DNA of 64,000 bases from Nibricoccus sp. (GCA_047602425.1 JASGHG010000001.1:1950263-2014262); one strand, 5' to 3'. Positions 11,083 to 22,118 are shown, counted from the stretch's first letter. Numbers and translations: made by a program. The notes: generated by a model from the letters alone, not told the origin.

Positions 11083-11179
11083 TCAAACTGCGAAGATAAG
11101 CAGCTTCGTCTGACTGTTTCAGTTACCAGTGGAAAAATCGTTAAAAAGAATCGACCAATAGGTGCGTCTATCGAACTGC

Positions 11180-12352
11180 TCAATTAGGTAGAACTTCTAC
11201 TCGAAGTTCTAGCGGTAGTTTGTCAGTCCATCTCCGGACCGAACGTAAATCATCGCGAGCCCAAATACGCAGCACATTGGCAATGACATCTCTTTTAAAC
11301 GGTTCGTTTTTAATTTCGGCTAAAGCAAAATTTGCAGCCGATTCTGGATCATTCATTGCTGTTAATTCAGCGTAGACTCCAATCGAGGAATCCTTTTCGC
11401 AGCTAAGAACCCAACGCCGCGCTCCCGCTGCATCGTAGTCGATCCACGCTGCAAGCAGCGCACGGGTGGCTTCGTGAGCCAAAGGCCCATCTGGTAATTT
11501 GGAAAGAGCCCCGCATGCTTCACTCACACTGCGTTCAGCCATGCATGAAATCACATTGGCAACGGTTCGGTTTTGCACCTCACCCGGCTGCAGCATCGCC
11601 ATCGCAAGAAACAGTGCTTCGTCTGTGCGATTCTGCGCGTGTCCCAAAATGACTTGAGCAAGCAAACGGTCTTGATCTGCACATTCCGTCTGCCCGCTCG
11701 CCCAAAGCGCCGCACTCGTGTAATTTTGCGTGCCCCACTCCCGCGCTATATGCTCTGTTAGTTCACCCGACCTCCAAGTCGGGTCGAGAGCCGAAAACCA
11801 AAGCATTGCATAATCAAATTTATTTTGCTCAACAGCAACTTCACATGCACATGCCAAAAACCGCTGCTTTCGCGCATCATCGGTGAGCGTTCCGAAAAAC
11901 GTGCATAACCAGTCTATATCATTCTGTACACAGACGTTGAGAGCTCGATTTAGTTGCTGATCAGTCAGGTCAATCTGTTTTACTAACCAATCAATTGCAC
12001 TATGCGGATCGTGGCTGCACCAAAGTGCCAGCGCCGTCAATCCGAGCTCACTATTACGTCTTTCACGCCTAAGCGCACAAAAAATTTCTGAGGCGTTCTC
12101 TTCCGACAAGCGGGCAGCCAGTGCACTTTCATCTAGCTCGATCAAGCTTGATCCACCGTGGCGAAGAGTTTCGCAACCGATTGTGTTGATGGCCCGAGAC
12201 CTGTCGCCAATGACCAATAAGCCGCGTCTATTGGGACTATTCCGTGAATGTTCATTCCGAATAGGAGCAACAGTGAGAACCCCACTAACTAGCAGACAAG
12301 CGGCAAGAGTCGCAGCAAACATCGCTCGACTAGTTTTACTTTTGCGATGCAT
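11180..12352 (-). CDS. Hypothetical exported all-helical repeat protein
   Basis: 390-aa ORF with an N-terminal hydrophobic anchor or signal (AMFAATLAACLLVSGVL) and helical-repeat-like composition. No family recognised. Confidence 0.5.
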   Translation of the reverse strand: MHRKSKTSRAMFAATLAACLLVSGVLTVAPIRNEHSRNSPNRRGLLVIGDRSRAINTIGCETLRHGGSSLIELDESALAARLSEENASEIFCALRRERRNSELGLTALALWCSHDPHSAIDWLVKQIDLTDQQLNRALNVCVQNDIDWLCTFFGTLTDDARKQRFLACACEVAVEQNKFDYAMLWFSALDPTWRSGELTEHIAREWGTQNYTSAALWASGQTECADQDRLLAQVILGHAQNRTDEALFLAMAMLQPGEVQNRTVANVISCMAERSVSEACGALSKLPDGPLAHEATRALLAAWIDYDAAGARRWVLSCEKDSSIGVYAELTAMNDPESAANFALAEIKNEPFKRDVIANVLRIWARDDLRSVRRWTDKLPLELRVEVLPN

Positions 12353-12441
12353 ATCTCTCCTCTACGGGAATTCGATGGAAAGGCTGTGCGCGTTTTCACA
12401 ACAAGACACGCGCACAGCGTTCGTTCTAAGCAGCGCCTACT

Positions 12442-13635
12442 TCAACGTGCAAACGTCAACGTTCCGAAGCCAAGCTGGTCGAAACCTCCACTGTTGGGGC
12501 CATAGTCCCCTCCACCACCTTCGGGACGTGTTTTGCCAGCATATTGCTGTATATAGTTAGAAGAAAGTCCCTTGAGCTTGACGTAGTGAGCGTAGAGCAG
12601 TTCCCACGACGGCCGGATATCGCCGCGACTGGTCGAGGATATAACTGTCTGGTTTACATTGTCGCAGTTATTGTAGGTCGTATATGGGACTGAATTTCCG
12701 AGATTGTATTCAGCGATATATTCGAACATCGCATGCATTCTAGCGCGAGCATCGCCCCAAGGATTGTAGGAGAACATATCCTGACCCTGATTATATGCCA
12801 TCTGGCAGAAAGAACCGAAAAGCGAAACATCCAGACAGGAGTGGCCTTGATCCCGACCGCTCTCTTGGCACTGAGCAATGCCACCCGAGGTGGTATTATA
12901 TACGAACGGCGCGGCATTGCTTACCTTGCCGTTTCCTGCTCCATTTTTAAAGTAATTGATCGCTTCGTTGAATTTAGCAGTGTCGTCACACAGGATACCG
13001 ATCGCCAAAATGCTGGCCATGTTACATGCATCCCAGTTCGCCCAATAGTGGCTAATGCAGGCACCATTGTGGTTCACGAGAAAATCATGATTCATAGGGT
13101 AGAAGACATTTAGCATCATGTTTTTGAACGCGGTTTGATTCGCCGCCGACCAACCGCTATAGCTTCGCATGATCTCCGCAACATTGGCGAACTGATAACC
13201 ATAGATGCCAGCAGCCAAGTATTTATCCGAGGTGCCGCCAATGCTGGTTAGCGTAGAGCTCCATGCATTCAAAATTTGTACAGCCTTGTCAGCGTTGGCC
13301 GTGGTGCCGGCAATTTTCCACCGCAACGCGTTTTGATAGGCCGCCGCGATATCGTTAAAAAGCTTACTGTAGTTTTCAGCATGAGTGCCGTCAGCGCCGC
13401 GATACACGGTCGCTACCGGCCCCTGCATCGTGTACGAGGATGATGAATGTGAATTTGCCAGTAGCTTGTTCCAACCCGAGAGCCACGGTTCGGAAGAAGC
13501 ATTAACCTTCGTCTGCATGCGTGTGAAATCTGCTGCAGTGTGCAACATGCCTGGATGGCTGAAGGCAAGCGATTGGACCGGGACTAGACTCGACAACAGG
13601 AGCGCTAACACACCTGTTAGGATGCGATTTTTCAT
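12442..13635 (-). CDS. Secreted polysaccharide lyase with alginate-lyase-type fold
   Basis: Signal peptide, then FSHPGMLHTAADFTRMQTKV...AVQILNAWSS...HYWANWDA...ESGRDQGH. This resembles alginate-lyase (PF05426-like) proteins. It is a paralogue of the C-terminal domain of the 1-2667 product. Confidence 0.65.
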   Translation of the reverse strand: MKNRILTGVLALLLSSLVPVQSLAFSHPGMLHTAADFTRMQTKVNASSEPWLSGWNKLLANSHSSSSYTMQGPVATVYRGADGTHAENYSKLFNDIAAAYQNALRWKIAGTTANADKAVQILNAWSSTLTSIGGTSDKYLAAGIYGYQFANVAEIMRSYSGWSAANQTAFKNMMLNVFYPMNHDFLVNHNGACISHYWANWDACNMASILAIGILCDDTAKFNEAINYFKNGAGNGKVSNAAPFVYNTTSGGIAQCQESGRDQGHSCLDVSLFGSFCQMAYNQGQDMFSYNPWGDARARMHAMFEYIAEYNLGNSVPYTTYNNCDNVNQTVISSTSRGDIRPSWELLYAHYVKLKGLSSNYIQQYAGKTRPEGGGGDYGPNSGGFDQLGFGTLTFAR

Positions 13636-13890
13636 GGAGTTTTGTTTTTGGGGTGATACGAAAATCTTTTAAGATTTTCTGGTAAGCCCTACCACGAATC
13701 CGTCACGAAAATCTGTACTGGGTCGGCTCTTCTTTAATAAAGAAGAGCCAGCTCATCCATGTTTTCAATAGCTCAACTGTAGATGGAGAATGCCTCCTTT
13801 GCAGCGAGATATTTATAGTGTCAATTTGCAGTAGGGTAAGGGGAGATAGTAAATCTCTCTAGCATAGGCTAAACCTTCAAATGTATTTCT

Positions 13891-13907
13891 GGTTACACTG
13901 GTAAACC
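13891..13907 (-). promoter_or_regulatory. Copy of the recurrent PUL promoter-region motif
   Basis: Plus strand GGTTACACTGGTAAACC equals GGTTTACCAGTGTAACC relative to the lyase gene starting at 13635. Confidence 0.45.
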
Positions 13908-14147
13908 AAGTCTCCATTTCATCAACGTGAAGTATGTGCCCATGCACGCTGCGCAACTATTTGTTCACAAATCAATCGACCCATTGGGCTCACGAAACTT
14001 GCATCAGATGATCCAACTGAAAGTGCTGCTTGTCGCAAATAGCGATATGGAATTCGGCCTCGCATCTCTGTTTGGATAGGATAGGCAACAATATCTAAAC
14101 TAGTAAGCCCCAAATTTGCCTAAGAAAAGAGGGTTTTCTTGGTTGGT

Positions 14148-14162
14148 GGTTAACAGTGAAAC
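14148..14162 (+). promoter_or_regulatory. Copy of the recurrent PUL promoter-region motif
   Basis: GGTTAACAGTGAAAC, about 140 nt upstream of the GH88 start at 14294. Confidence 0.45.
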
Positions 14163-14293
14163 TCTTCCCTTTGTTGGCAATTCTCATTGGAGGCGTCTAG
14201 CTAGTCGGAAGTCAGGTCGTTCAATCGATAACCCTAGGCTTTAGCGAGGCGATTTGGACACTGGCACTCCTACCATTTCTCTTTTCTTATATA

Positions 14294-15493
14294 ATGAGTA
14301 CACAAACCGCTGTGACCATGCCCCTCACTTCCACTTCCGAGTCCGTCAGTACTGAAGGACTCCAAAAAGCTTACGATCTCTGTGTCGCAAAAACCCACAA
14401 AAATATTCAGATCCTAGCGGACTCGCCCAAGACTACTTATTCGTTCGATAAAGACGGTTGCTATTCTCGCTGGCCAGAAGGTTTTTTCGAAATTGGAAAT
14501 TGGACCACCTCTTTCTTCACCGGCATGGCGCTGCTCGCGTACGAATCCACCCACGATAGTTTTTTCTTAAAGCAGCTTAACCGCCTTACAGGAGTATACA
14601 CAGATAAAATCACCCGTGCATCTATGGACACAATGCACGACCTGGGTTTCCTCTATTCGCTCTACTCTGTAGGGCTTTGGAAAATTACTGGCTCCACCGA
14701 ACATCGCAATCTCGCCCTGAAGGCAGCAGAAGAGCTTGCAAAACGTTATATCCCAAAAGGTGAATACATTCGTGCTTGGGGCAGGACTGACGACAATCGT
14801 GACGAGTACGCTGGCTTGGCCATCATCGACTGCTTGATGAACCTGCCACTCCTTTTCTGGGCTTCAAGAGAAACAGGAAACCCGTTCTTTCACGAGATTG
14901 CGATCAAACACGCCGACACCACGGCCAAAAGCTTTGTAAGAAAAGACTATTCCGTCTGTCACGCGTACCGTTTTGATCTCACCACCGGGCAACCTGATCG
15001 TGAAGATAACTATTGCGGCGCTGGTATTGGATCGCATTGGGCCCGTGGCACCGCTTGGGCCGTCTACGGCTACTCGATGACCGCACGCTACACCGGTGAA
15101 AGCCGCTACCGCGACCTCTCACAGAAAATCGCTGAACGTTTTCTTTCGTTGCTCGACGGTGAGACCGTGCCTCTTTGGGATTTCCGGATAAAAACAGACA
15201 TCCGCGACAGCTCGGCAGCCTCAATCATGGCGTGCGGTCTCTACGATCTGGCCGAGCACGGATCGAGCACGCAGCATTTCGCTCGATACGCAGATACTCT
15301 ACTCGGCAAACTGACGAAAGACTACGTGAACTACGATCTAAACATTCACGGCGTGCTAACTCGGGCACAAGTCGGCGACGGTATTGACAAGGACAAGAAC
15401 GTCAAAGGGCGCGAAGTTTATACAAGTTGGGGTGATTATTTCCTGATGGAAGCACTCGCCCGAAAACTGAGAAAGCAAAAGCCGTACTGGTAA
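14294..15493 (+). CDS. Glycoside hydrolase family 88 (unsaturated glucuronyl/uronyl hydrolase)
   Basis: GNWTTSFFTGMALLAYE, HDLGFLY, IIDCLMNLPLLFWA, GSHWARGTAWAVYG, TSWGDYFLMEAL. These are typical GH88 blocks. Confidence 0.85.
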   Translation: MSTQTAVTMPLTSTSESVSTEGLQKAYDLCVAKTHKNIQILADSPKTTYSFDKDGCYSRWPEGFFEIGNWTTSFFTGMALLAYESTHDSFFLKQLNRLTGVYTDKITRASMDTMHDLGFLYSLYSVGLWKITGSTEHRNLALKAAEELAKRYIPKGEYIRAWGRTDDNRDEYAGLAIIDCLMNLPLLFWASRETGNPFFHEIAIKHADTTAKSFVRKDYSVCHAYRFDLTTGQPDREDNYCGAGIGSHWARGTAWAVYGYSMTARYTGESRYRDLSQKIAERFLSLLDGETVPLWDFRIKTDIRDSSAASIMACGLYDLAEHGSSTQHFARYADTLLGKLTKDYVNYDLNIHGVLTRAQVGDGIDKDKNVKGREVYTSWGDYFLMEALARKLRKQKPYW

Positions 15494-15507
15494 ATCGGTC
15501 AACGAAC

Positions 15508-17181
15508 GTGGGCTCGTTGAAAACCACCTTGGGACGAGTGCCGAAACTCCAACTACCCGCTAGTTTCCTTCACGGATTAAGATGGTCTGTTGCTATATTC
15601 GTATGCTTCGTGGCCCAGGCCACGTATGCAGCTGATTGGCAATGGTCGGTTCCGGTTGGTTCGGGTCGCGCCTTTTTATGGATTCCACCAACGTGCCTCC
15701 AGATTCGAGCAGTGTTGGTTGGACAACACAATATGATCGAGCAAGGCATTCTGGAACATGCAACTATGCGCCGTACGCTCGAAAATCTTGGTATCGCAGA
15801 GGTATTCATCGCGCCGCCTTTCGATCGCGTGTTTAGATTCGATCACGATGCAGGCGAACAATTCGACGCTATCATGCACATGCTCGCCAATGAATCTGGC
15901 TACGCGGAATTAGCCACAGCCCCAGTGGTGCCAATGGGGCACTCCGCCTGCGCATCTTTCCCGTGGAATTTCGCGGCGTGGAGCCCAACACGCACGCTAG
16001 CCATTCTCTCAGTCAAGGGTGATGCACCTGAATCCGACCTAACGGGTAGCGGGGCGCCAAACCCGGACTGGGGCGGCAAAAGCATCGATGGCATACCAAG
16101 CTTAATGGTAATGGGTGAATACGAATGGTGGGAGGCTCGACTTGCACCAGCACTAAAATTTCGCGCTGCGCACCCAAGAGCACCGATTGCTTTACTCGCA
16201 GATGTGGGACATGGGCATTTTGACGCGACTAACGAGTTGGTGGCATTTCTCGCGCTGTTTATTCGCAAAGCTGCCGAAGCGCGGTTGCCGTCAAATCATG
16301 AAGGAACACAGATCCCTCTGAAGCCCGTCGATCCGGCACACGGCTGGCTTGTCGATCGGTGGAGAGGTGACGCGCTATTACATGCCGCCAGCACGCCTGC
16401 AGCAAAGTACGTCGGAGATCGCACGGAAGCGTTCTGGTGCTTTGATGAGGAAACAGCCCGCGCGACAGAAGAATACTACGCCCGAAGCAGAGGGAGAAAA
16501 ATCCAACAGGTAGATTTTGTACAAAACGGACAGCTAGCTCCCATCTCCTCCACCCACTCAGGCGTCACACTCAAATTTTCCCCCAAAGAAGACGGCCTAA
16601 CCTTCCAACTTGAAGGCGAATTCATAGCACCGCTACCACCTAAACCACCAGTCGCCGCCAAAGATAAACCGCTGCCGCCTCAAACCACTATGCCAAATCG
16701 CGCAGCAGCCGGCTCGCATGCACAAGGCGCGGTACGAATCTCGTGCATAGTCGGACCAGCCGAACAATTGGCACCGGATACGTTTCGTATCGCTTTCAAT
16801 CGCACGTTCTCGACCACGGATAGTCGAAACCACGACATCTGGATGCTCGCAAGTCATGATGGCGATGGGCAATTCAAAGGCACGGTCCAGCAAGCCCGCC
16901 TTGACTTCACCCCCAATATTGTTGGCGCCGATCAGACGATTCTCTTCCCCACAATTCCTCCGCAAAAGCGCGGCGTTGTGACTGTCGAACTCCGCGCCCA
17001 TTCCACCGCAAACGTGCCCGTTCACTACTACATTCGCGAAGGGCCAGCTGAGATCGATGGCAACACGTTGCGTTTCACCCCGATCCCCCCGCGCGCCAAA
17101 CTCCCAATCAAAATAACCGTAATAGCCTGGCAACAAGACTCGCAGCACCGAACCCAAATTGAAGACCGCTGCCCCGGTTGA
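15508..17181 (+). CDS. Hypothetical secreted protein, possibly an alpha/beta-hydrolase-like N-terminal half
   Basis: 557-aa ORF with a GTG start and a signal-like N-terminus (VAIFVCFVAQATYA). VVPMGHSACASFPW resembles a nucleophile elbow. I do not recognise the C-terminal half. Confidence 0.5.
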   Translation: MGSLKTTLGRVPKLQLPASFLHGLRWSVAIFVCFVAQATYAADWQWSVPVGSGRAFLWIPPTCLQIRAVLVGQHNMIEQGILEHATMRRTLENLGIAEVFIAPPFDRVFRFDHDAGEQFDAIMHMLANESGYAELATAPVVPMGHSACASFPWNFAAWSPTRTLAILSVKGDAPESDLTGSGAPNPDWGGKSIDGIPSLMVMGEYEWWEARLAPALKFRAAHPRAPIALLADVGHGHFDATNELVAFLALFIRKAAEARLPSNHEGTQIPLKPVDPAHGWLVDRWRGDALLHAASTPAAKYVGDRTEAFWCFDEETARATEEYYARSRGRKIQQVDFVQNGQLAPISSTHSGVTLKFSPKEDGLTFQLEGEFIAPLPPKPPVAAKDKPLPPQTTMPNRAAAGSHAQGAVRISCIVGPAEQLAPDTFRIAFNRTFSTTDSRNHDIWMLASHDGDGQFKGTVQQARLDFTPNIVGADQTILFPTIPPQKRGVVTVELRAHSTANVPVHYYIREGPAEIDGNTLRFTPIPPRAKLPIKITVIAWQQDSQHRTQIEDRCPG

Positions 17182-17202
17182 ACAAACCTTCGAGTACTCA
17201 CC

Positions 17203-18309
17203 ATGAACTCCTCCGCAGTCCTCACGCAATTCAAGGTCAATCGCCATCTTGCCTCAACACGCCGCGTCATTGCCGGTTTCGACGGGTTCGTTGATCGGAT
17301 TGTCGTCCCTGTGGCCCTAAGACACGGTCCTGGAGAGAATTTCACCCCCATAGCCACGATACCGGAGTTTGCCCAGCGGATGCAAAACGCAGCCGGACGC
17401 AGCACCAACATCGAACTTCATCAACGCATGGAGAAGCTCGGTGGCAATGGTCCAATCATGAGCAACGCTCTGATGGCCTTTGGCACCAGCCTTAAATACA
17501 TCGGAGCACTCGGCTCACAACATCCTGTGCCGGCATTGTCCGACTTTGCCAAACACAGCAAGGCCATCACGCTCTGTGATCCAGGGCTCACGACCGCTCT
17601 CGAATTTACCGACGGCAAACTCATGCTCGGCCTCATGTCGGGCTTCGATGAGCTAACCTACGAACGCATCATCGAACGAGTAGGGAGTGAAGATGCCATG
17701 CGCTCATTTGTCGCAGAGGCCCATCTTGTCTCCCTCGTTAACTGGACGATGCTGCCGCACATGACCGCGATCTTTCGAGCCTTTGTCGACCGGCTACTGC
17801 CGTCTATCCCGAAACGCGACGGGCGAATATTTTTCTTCGACCTCGCCGATCCCGAGAAGCGGGGAGATTCCGAGCTGCAAACAGCACTCGACGTTGTTAG
17901 TGATTTTGAAAAGTTCGGTAGTGTTACGCTTGGCCTGAACCTCAAGGAAGCCGAACACGTCGCACGGATACTGGAGATTCCCTCCTCCGGCGAAAGCGAG
18001 CAATCGCTGCGCTCCCTTGCCAATGCAATCCGGGAGAAGCTGCGTCTCTCTGTCGTTGTCGTTCACCCAAGGAAATCGGCAGCCTGCGCGACCGCCAATG
18101 GCACCTACTGGAAGCCAGGGCCGTACTGTGAACGGCCGCTTGTCACAACAGGCGCCGGAGACCATTTCAACGCGGGCTTTGCTCTGGGACAACTAATCGG
18201 TCTCAATCCTGAAGGCTGCCTAGCCACCGGTGTTGGTACGTCGGGCTTGTATGTGCGCACTGGCGCCAGTCCGACGCTCGACCATTTAGAAACCTTTCTG
18301 TATTGCTAG
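17203..18309 (+). CDS. PfkB-family carbohydrate kinase
   Basis: GGNGPIMSNAL near the N-terminus and TTGAGDHFNAGF near the C-terminus (PfkB signature 2). Its position beside uronate-catabolism genes supports the call. Confidence 0.7.
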   Translation: MNSSAVLTQFKVNRHLASTRRVIAGFDGFVDRIVVPVALRHGPGENFTPIATIPEFAQRMQNAAGRSTNIELHQRMEKLGGNGPIMSNALMAFGTSLKYIGALGSQHPVPALSDFAKHSKAITLCDPGLTTALEFTDGKLMLGLMSGFDELTYERIIERVGSEDAMRSFVAEAHLVSLVNWTMLPHMTAIFRAFVDRLLPSIPKRDGRIFFFDLADPEKRGDSELQTALDVVSDFEKFGSVTLGLNLKEAEHVARILEIPSSGESEQSLRSLANAIREKLRLSVVVVHPRKSAACATANGTYWKPGPYCERPLVTTGAGDHFNAGFALGQLIGLNPEGCLATGVGTSGLYVRTGASPTLDHLETFLYC

Positions 18310-18432
18310 ATTTTCTGTTGGGGTCGTAAGAAAAGTCGGTTGATGGAATAGCGACACCATCAACATCAATGAGGAGGCATCGTTCCTTTCCCAAACCCCA
18401 TCTATTTTCTGAACGCCACTTTGTCTTCAGAT

Positions 18433-19863
18433 CTATTTTGCTGAATTTCCCGGAGCAATGCCGTTAGGCGGGAGACCCCACGAGCCGGGGCTGGCATGGA
18501 GCGCAGCGTCAGTCTGTGTGCGTCCTTTGGTTTCGATCTTTGAATCAACAAGCATTTCGCTCGTAATAATTGGTGCAGCAACGATCTCGTTCACCAGCAT
18601 CACGCCACTCGTTGGCGCTGGCTTAATCGGGCTGCTCATCTCCGCGTGTTCAGGCATACCATAACCAACCATGATAGGTAACGCCGGAATCGCACGTTCG
18701 CCTAGCTGCGAGGAGAGTCGTACGTGATGGTTGGTGCCGGCGATTGTGGCGACAACATGCACTAGCGACTGCGGCCCATCTCCCACAAGCTCAAGTTCCA
18801 CGTCGGAATTGCGACCACCACGCAGATAAAGCAGCGGTCCGTGTGCGATATCGCCGCGACAACGCCGGACAATGGTTTGTGAACCGATGAGAAAAGCACG
18901 CTCACACCCACGAGCCACACAGTTTTCAAGAATGGTTTTCTGTGGTGCATCGTCCGGTGCACCGATTTCGAAGCCAGCGCGAGTATTGATCGCGGTGCAG
19001 TTGATAAGGGTAACCCGCCCAGCGTTGCCATAGGTCCGGAAGCCATCCTCGACCAGACTCTTCACATAGCCAGGGTTAAAGACATGCCGACCATCACGAT
19101 TTTCGTAAACTGAGCGAAAGCCCAAGTCGAAGGCAGGGCCTGTCGTATCACGGAGCATATCGTTGGTCGCGCGCATGACGCCTTCTGCATAGCAGTCTTC
19201 GAGGAGAATATCGCCACCGACCTGGATATAGTAACAGTGCCCCAACGCACGGCTGAAGACGCGACAGCGCCTCAAGATCGAGCCGGAGCCCAGCACCTGA
19301 ATTCCACTTTGCTTTTGAATCGAAACTAGATTCGGCCCCCCTTTGCCAAGCAGGTCTCCATAGCCAAATGGGAATGAGCCATAGACGTGAACAGTGACGT
19401 TCTCGATCGTTGTGTGTTCGCCGGCAAGTGAAAGTAGATTGCCTCCACTACCCTGATTCTCGCCAACATTTCGGATAGATAAGCCGGAGATTGTATTACC
19501 AGAACCAGCAACAATGATACAACGCGTGTAGCCACCTTGCGGCACTTTTTTGTAGAGCGCTGTGTCAATCTCAATGACTGCATCCGTGCAGTCGATTCGG
19601 TTATTGCTGCCGCGAATCAAAAACATGGGGACAGGCGGCCGCTTCTGCGTATGATCGACGTAGGCACGAATTTGTTCTAGCACGTCCGACGTAAGATAAT
19701 CGGCCATCCGGTAAACTCCGGGTTTGAGTCGGATCTGCTGCCCATTTTCGGCTGCCACGCGAGCCAAGTCGCTGAGGCTGGCAACTTCGATCTCGGCGGC
19801 AGGCGCAACGACGCCCACAAACAAAAACAAGCACGTCAGCAAAGAAACGCGAAGGGAATTCAT
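18433..19863 (-). CDS. Secreted right-handed parallel beta-helix repeat protein (pectate-lyase-like fold)
   Basis: Signal peptide from the internal Met (MNSLRVSLLTCLFLFVGVVAPAAE). Repeated ...N.I.G...I.N / CRV turns (IVAGSGNTISGLSIRNVGENQG, TIENVTVHVYG, ILRRCRVFS, LLEDCYAEG, LINCTAINT, LENCVARG). Using this Met removes the overlap with the upstream gene. Confidence 0.65.
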   Translation of the reverse strand: MNSLRVSLLTCLFLFVGVVAPAAEIEVASLSDLARVAAENGQQIRLKPGVYRMADYLTSDVLEQIRAYVDHTQKRPPVPMFLIRGSNNRIDCTDAVIEIDTALYKKVPQGGYTRCIIVAGSGNTISGLSIRNVGENQGSGGNLLSLAGEHTTIENVTVHVYGSFPFGYGDLLGKGGPNLVSIQKQSGIQVLGSGSILRRCRVFSRALGHCYYIQVGGDILLEDCYAEGVMRATNDMLRDTTGPAFDLGFRSVYENRDGRHVFNPGYVKSLVEDGFRTYGNAGRVTLINCTAINTRAGFEIGAPDDAPQKTILENCVARGCERAFLIGSQTIVRRCRGDIAHGPLLYLRGGRNSDVELELVGDGPQSLVHVVATIAGTNHHVRLSSQLGERAIPALPIMVGYGMPEHAEMSSPIKPAPTSGVMLVNEIVAAPIITSEMLVDSKIETKGRTQTDAALHASPGSWGLPPNGIAPGNSAK

Positions 19864-19870
19864 AGGGGTT

Positions 19871-21964
19871 TTAGAGTTGGAGGAAAACAGCAGAGTGGGC
19901 AGCAAGCCAGCCTTCGGCCGAAGGGACCTGCGGGATGATTCGGCGTGACTTTATACTACTGATATCAACCGGGCTGGCACGGTGGTTGACGATCACCAAA
20001 TGCGAACCAAAGCGCGCCGTTTCTATACCTTTACGTGGGGAAAGAGCCGCCTTAGGTGAAGCACCTACCAGCACTGCCACCGGCGTTTCCTTGAGCAGCA
20101 CCACCGGGTGCATTTCTCGTCGCCCGTAATTCGGCGGGACGATAGGCATCGTACGCCGCGAATATGAATACCCGTATTGAAAGCCGAACGAGTATACACC
20201 CCCAAGACCAACCGCAGACTTCATCATCGCGGCCTGTCCAGATTGGATGTATTTTCCCAAAGTTTCCCCGCCGCGAAACGCCACGGTAGTCCAACCATGA
20301 GGAATCAACGCCTCGCGCCATTGAATGCAGTCGAATGCAACCGACTCCTCCTCGATGCCGAATGTCCGGCGCACAAGTTCACAGCCCGGGCCATGGAAAA
20401 GTGTACCACCAGCCTCAACAAATTTCCGCACGGCGGCCTCTAACACACTATTGTCGCCCAAATCGTAGAGAGAATTATGTGGAACCACGAGATACCTGTA
20501 ATTCCCAAGTACCCCCGCCGCCACCTGGTCCGGATGAAGAATGTCGACGTTGTAGCCCAAATCCACGAATTGATTGTACCAGCCGAGCAGGTCCATGCGA
20601 TGCCGCCCGCCTTCGTCGACGGGCAGTGGCTCAAAAAGGCTCATTTCGGCCGGAAAGAGAATCGCAACCTCCTTCGTGCGTGGCTGCCGATCAAGGAGAG
20701 GCATCACCTCGGCCGCCCATCGATTGCCGGTTCGTATCGAATCCTTGAATACATCGTCCATGCGGAACATCACACCGCCGTCGTCCAGACCACTGTAACC
20801 ATACATGTGCATCGCCGACGCACCCGCGGCTACAAGGGTAGCCATCGCTTCTGCCGGTGGCACCGTACGGTAAATATCGCCATTAACATGTCGTCCGAGA
20901 TAAAGGCCACCGGTAAAAGATCGTCCTAAGTTGGCCGAACGCATGATCGCCCCTTCCACACTCACCGCCATTGCGTCAGGAAGGTTTTCCGCGTTGAGGG
21001 GTGAGGTGATGAACAACGCTCCATCGACATGCGGTGCCACTTTCCAAAGATCGAGCGCGCGTTTTGCAGTCGGCCAATATGATTGCTCCGGGGGATTGAA
21101 AAAATAGCCCCATTGATGCAACACTGGCTCGATGAAAAGCGCCGGTTCCAATTCGCGCCAACGTCGTTTCATCGATGCAAAATACTGCTCCATGATTTCC
21201 GCCAGCCAAGCTTGGTTATCGATCCAACGATAAAAATCAGGCGTGCGGCGCGCGAAATCCTCCCCCGATGGAATGGCGCATCCCACCCAGTCGAGTTCTT
21301 CGGGACGCAACCAATACTCAGATGGTGATAGCGCACTGAACGACTGCGCATTGAGCTCATATCGTTCATTTAGCCGAGAGATATCGCCTTTATAGCGTTT
21401 TTCTAGCCATGTCAGGTAACGCTCGCGCCCTTCTGCATCAAAGCTGGGCTTTGGAATCGGATCGAACATCGTCTGCATCACTATGCGATCCTCATCGCGA
21501 CGTCGCATTCCTGACCGGTACAACTGCAGCAATCCACGTACGTGGTCGACCATGCTCTGCTGGGCCAGTGGCGACCAGTACTTGTAAGTACCCATGAGTT
21601 TTCCATCTTGCCGTACGGCTTCTTCGCCTCGCACCGGAGGTACGTCGCGAATTGTTGGATACAAGTTATCGCCGCAAAGATAGATCGCTAAGTGGGAATA
21701 ATCGAGACCGTGCTTCGCCGCCTCATGCATCATAAACTCCTGCATGCCCACATAAATGCTGGCAGGCTCTCCCCGATATCGTGAAAAAAAATCTTCCCAC
21801 GGCTTCGAGTCGAGATTGATCGAAGTGAAGCCAAGCGAGGCAACTTCAACGATGCCCCGGCGTACAGCCTCACGATCGCTATAAAATGGCTCGAAAAAAT
21901 TACCGAACCAAATGCTCAACATCGGATTTTTGACAGATTCTTGCTGGGTAGCACGTGTGGACAT
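19871..21964 (-). CDS. Putative glycoside hydrolase, GH42-like (TIM barrel plus trimerisation-type domain)
   Basis: 697-aa ORF. Its central segment VAILFPAEMSLFEP...GWYNQFVDLGYNVDILHPDQVAAGVLGNYRYLVVPHNSLYDL...FVEAGGTLF resembles the beta-galactosidase A4 trimerisation-domain pattern. The family assignment is tentative. Confidence 0.5.
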   Translation of the reverse strand: MSTRATQQESVKNPMLSIWFGNFFEPFYSDREAVRRGIVEVASLGFTSINLDSKPWEDFFSRYRGEPASIYVGMQEFMMHEAAKHGLDYSHLAIYLCGDNLYPTIRDVPPVRGEEAVRQDGKLMGTYKYWSPLAQQSMVDHVRGLLQLYRSGMRRRDEDRIVMQTMFDPIPKPSFDAEGRERYLTWLEKRYKGDISRLNERYELNAQSFSALSPSEYWLRPEELDWVGCAIPSGEDFARRTPDFYRWIDNQAWLAEIMEQYFASMKRRWRELEPALFIEPVLHQWGYFFNPPEQSYWPTAKRALDLWKVAPHVDGALFITSPLNAENLPDAMAVSVEGAIMRSANLGRSFTGGLYLGRHVNGDIYRTVPPAEAMATLVAAGASAMHMYGYSGLDDGGVMFRMDDVFKDSIRTGNRWAAEVMPLLDRQPRTKEVAILFPAEMSLFEPLPVDEGGRHRMDLLGWYNQFVDLGYNVDILHPDQVAAGVLGNYRYLVVPHNSLYDLGDNSVLEAAVRKFVEAGGTLFHGPGCELVRRTFGIEEESVAFDCIQWREALIPHGWTTVAFRGGETLGKYIQSGQAAMMKSAVGLGGVYSFGFQYGYSYSRRTMPIVPPNYGRREMHPVVLLKETPVAVLVGASPKAALSPRKGIETARFGSHLVIVNHRASPVDISSIKSRRIIPQVPSAEGWLAAHSAVFLQL

Positions 21965-22017
21965 AACGGATAAAGATTAGTTTAGCTTCCCATTCCCACG
22001 ACCCAATACTTCAGGCA

Positions 22018-22031
22018 TTTTCACTGTTAAT
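22018..22031 (-). promoter_or_regulatory. Copy of the recurrent PUL promoter-region motif
   Basis: Plus strand TTTTCACTGTTAAT equals ATTAACAGTGAAAA relative to the gene starting at 21964. Confidence 0.45.
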
Positions 22032-22118
22032 ATAAACAAGCACACCGCAGCGGAGGGTGTGAGTATTGCGGCATTCGGCGTCGGACTCAACAAATGAGCG
22101 ATCATCCATGCGCTAAAG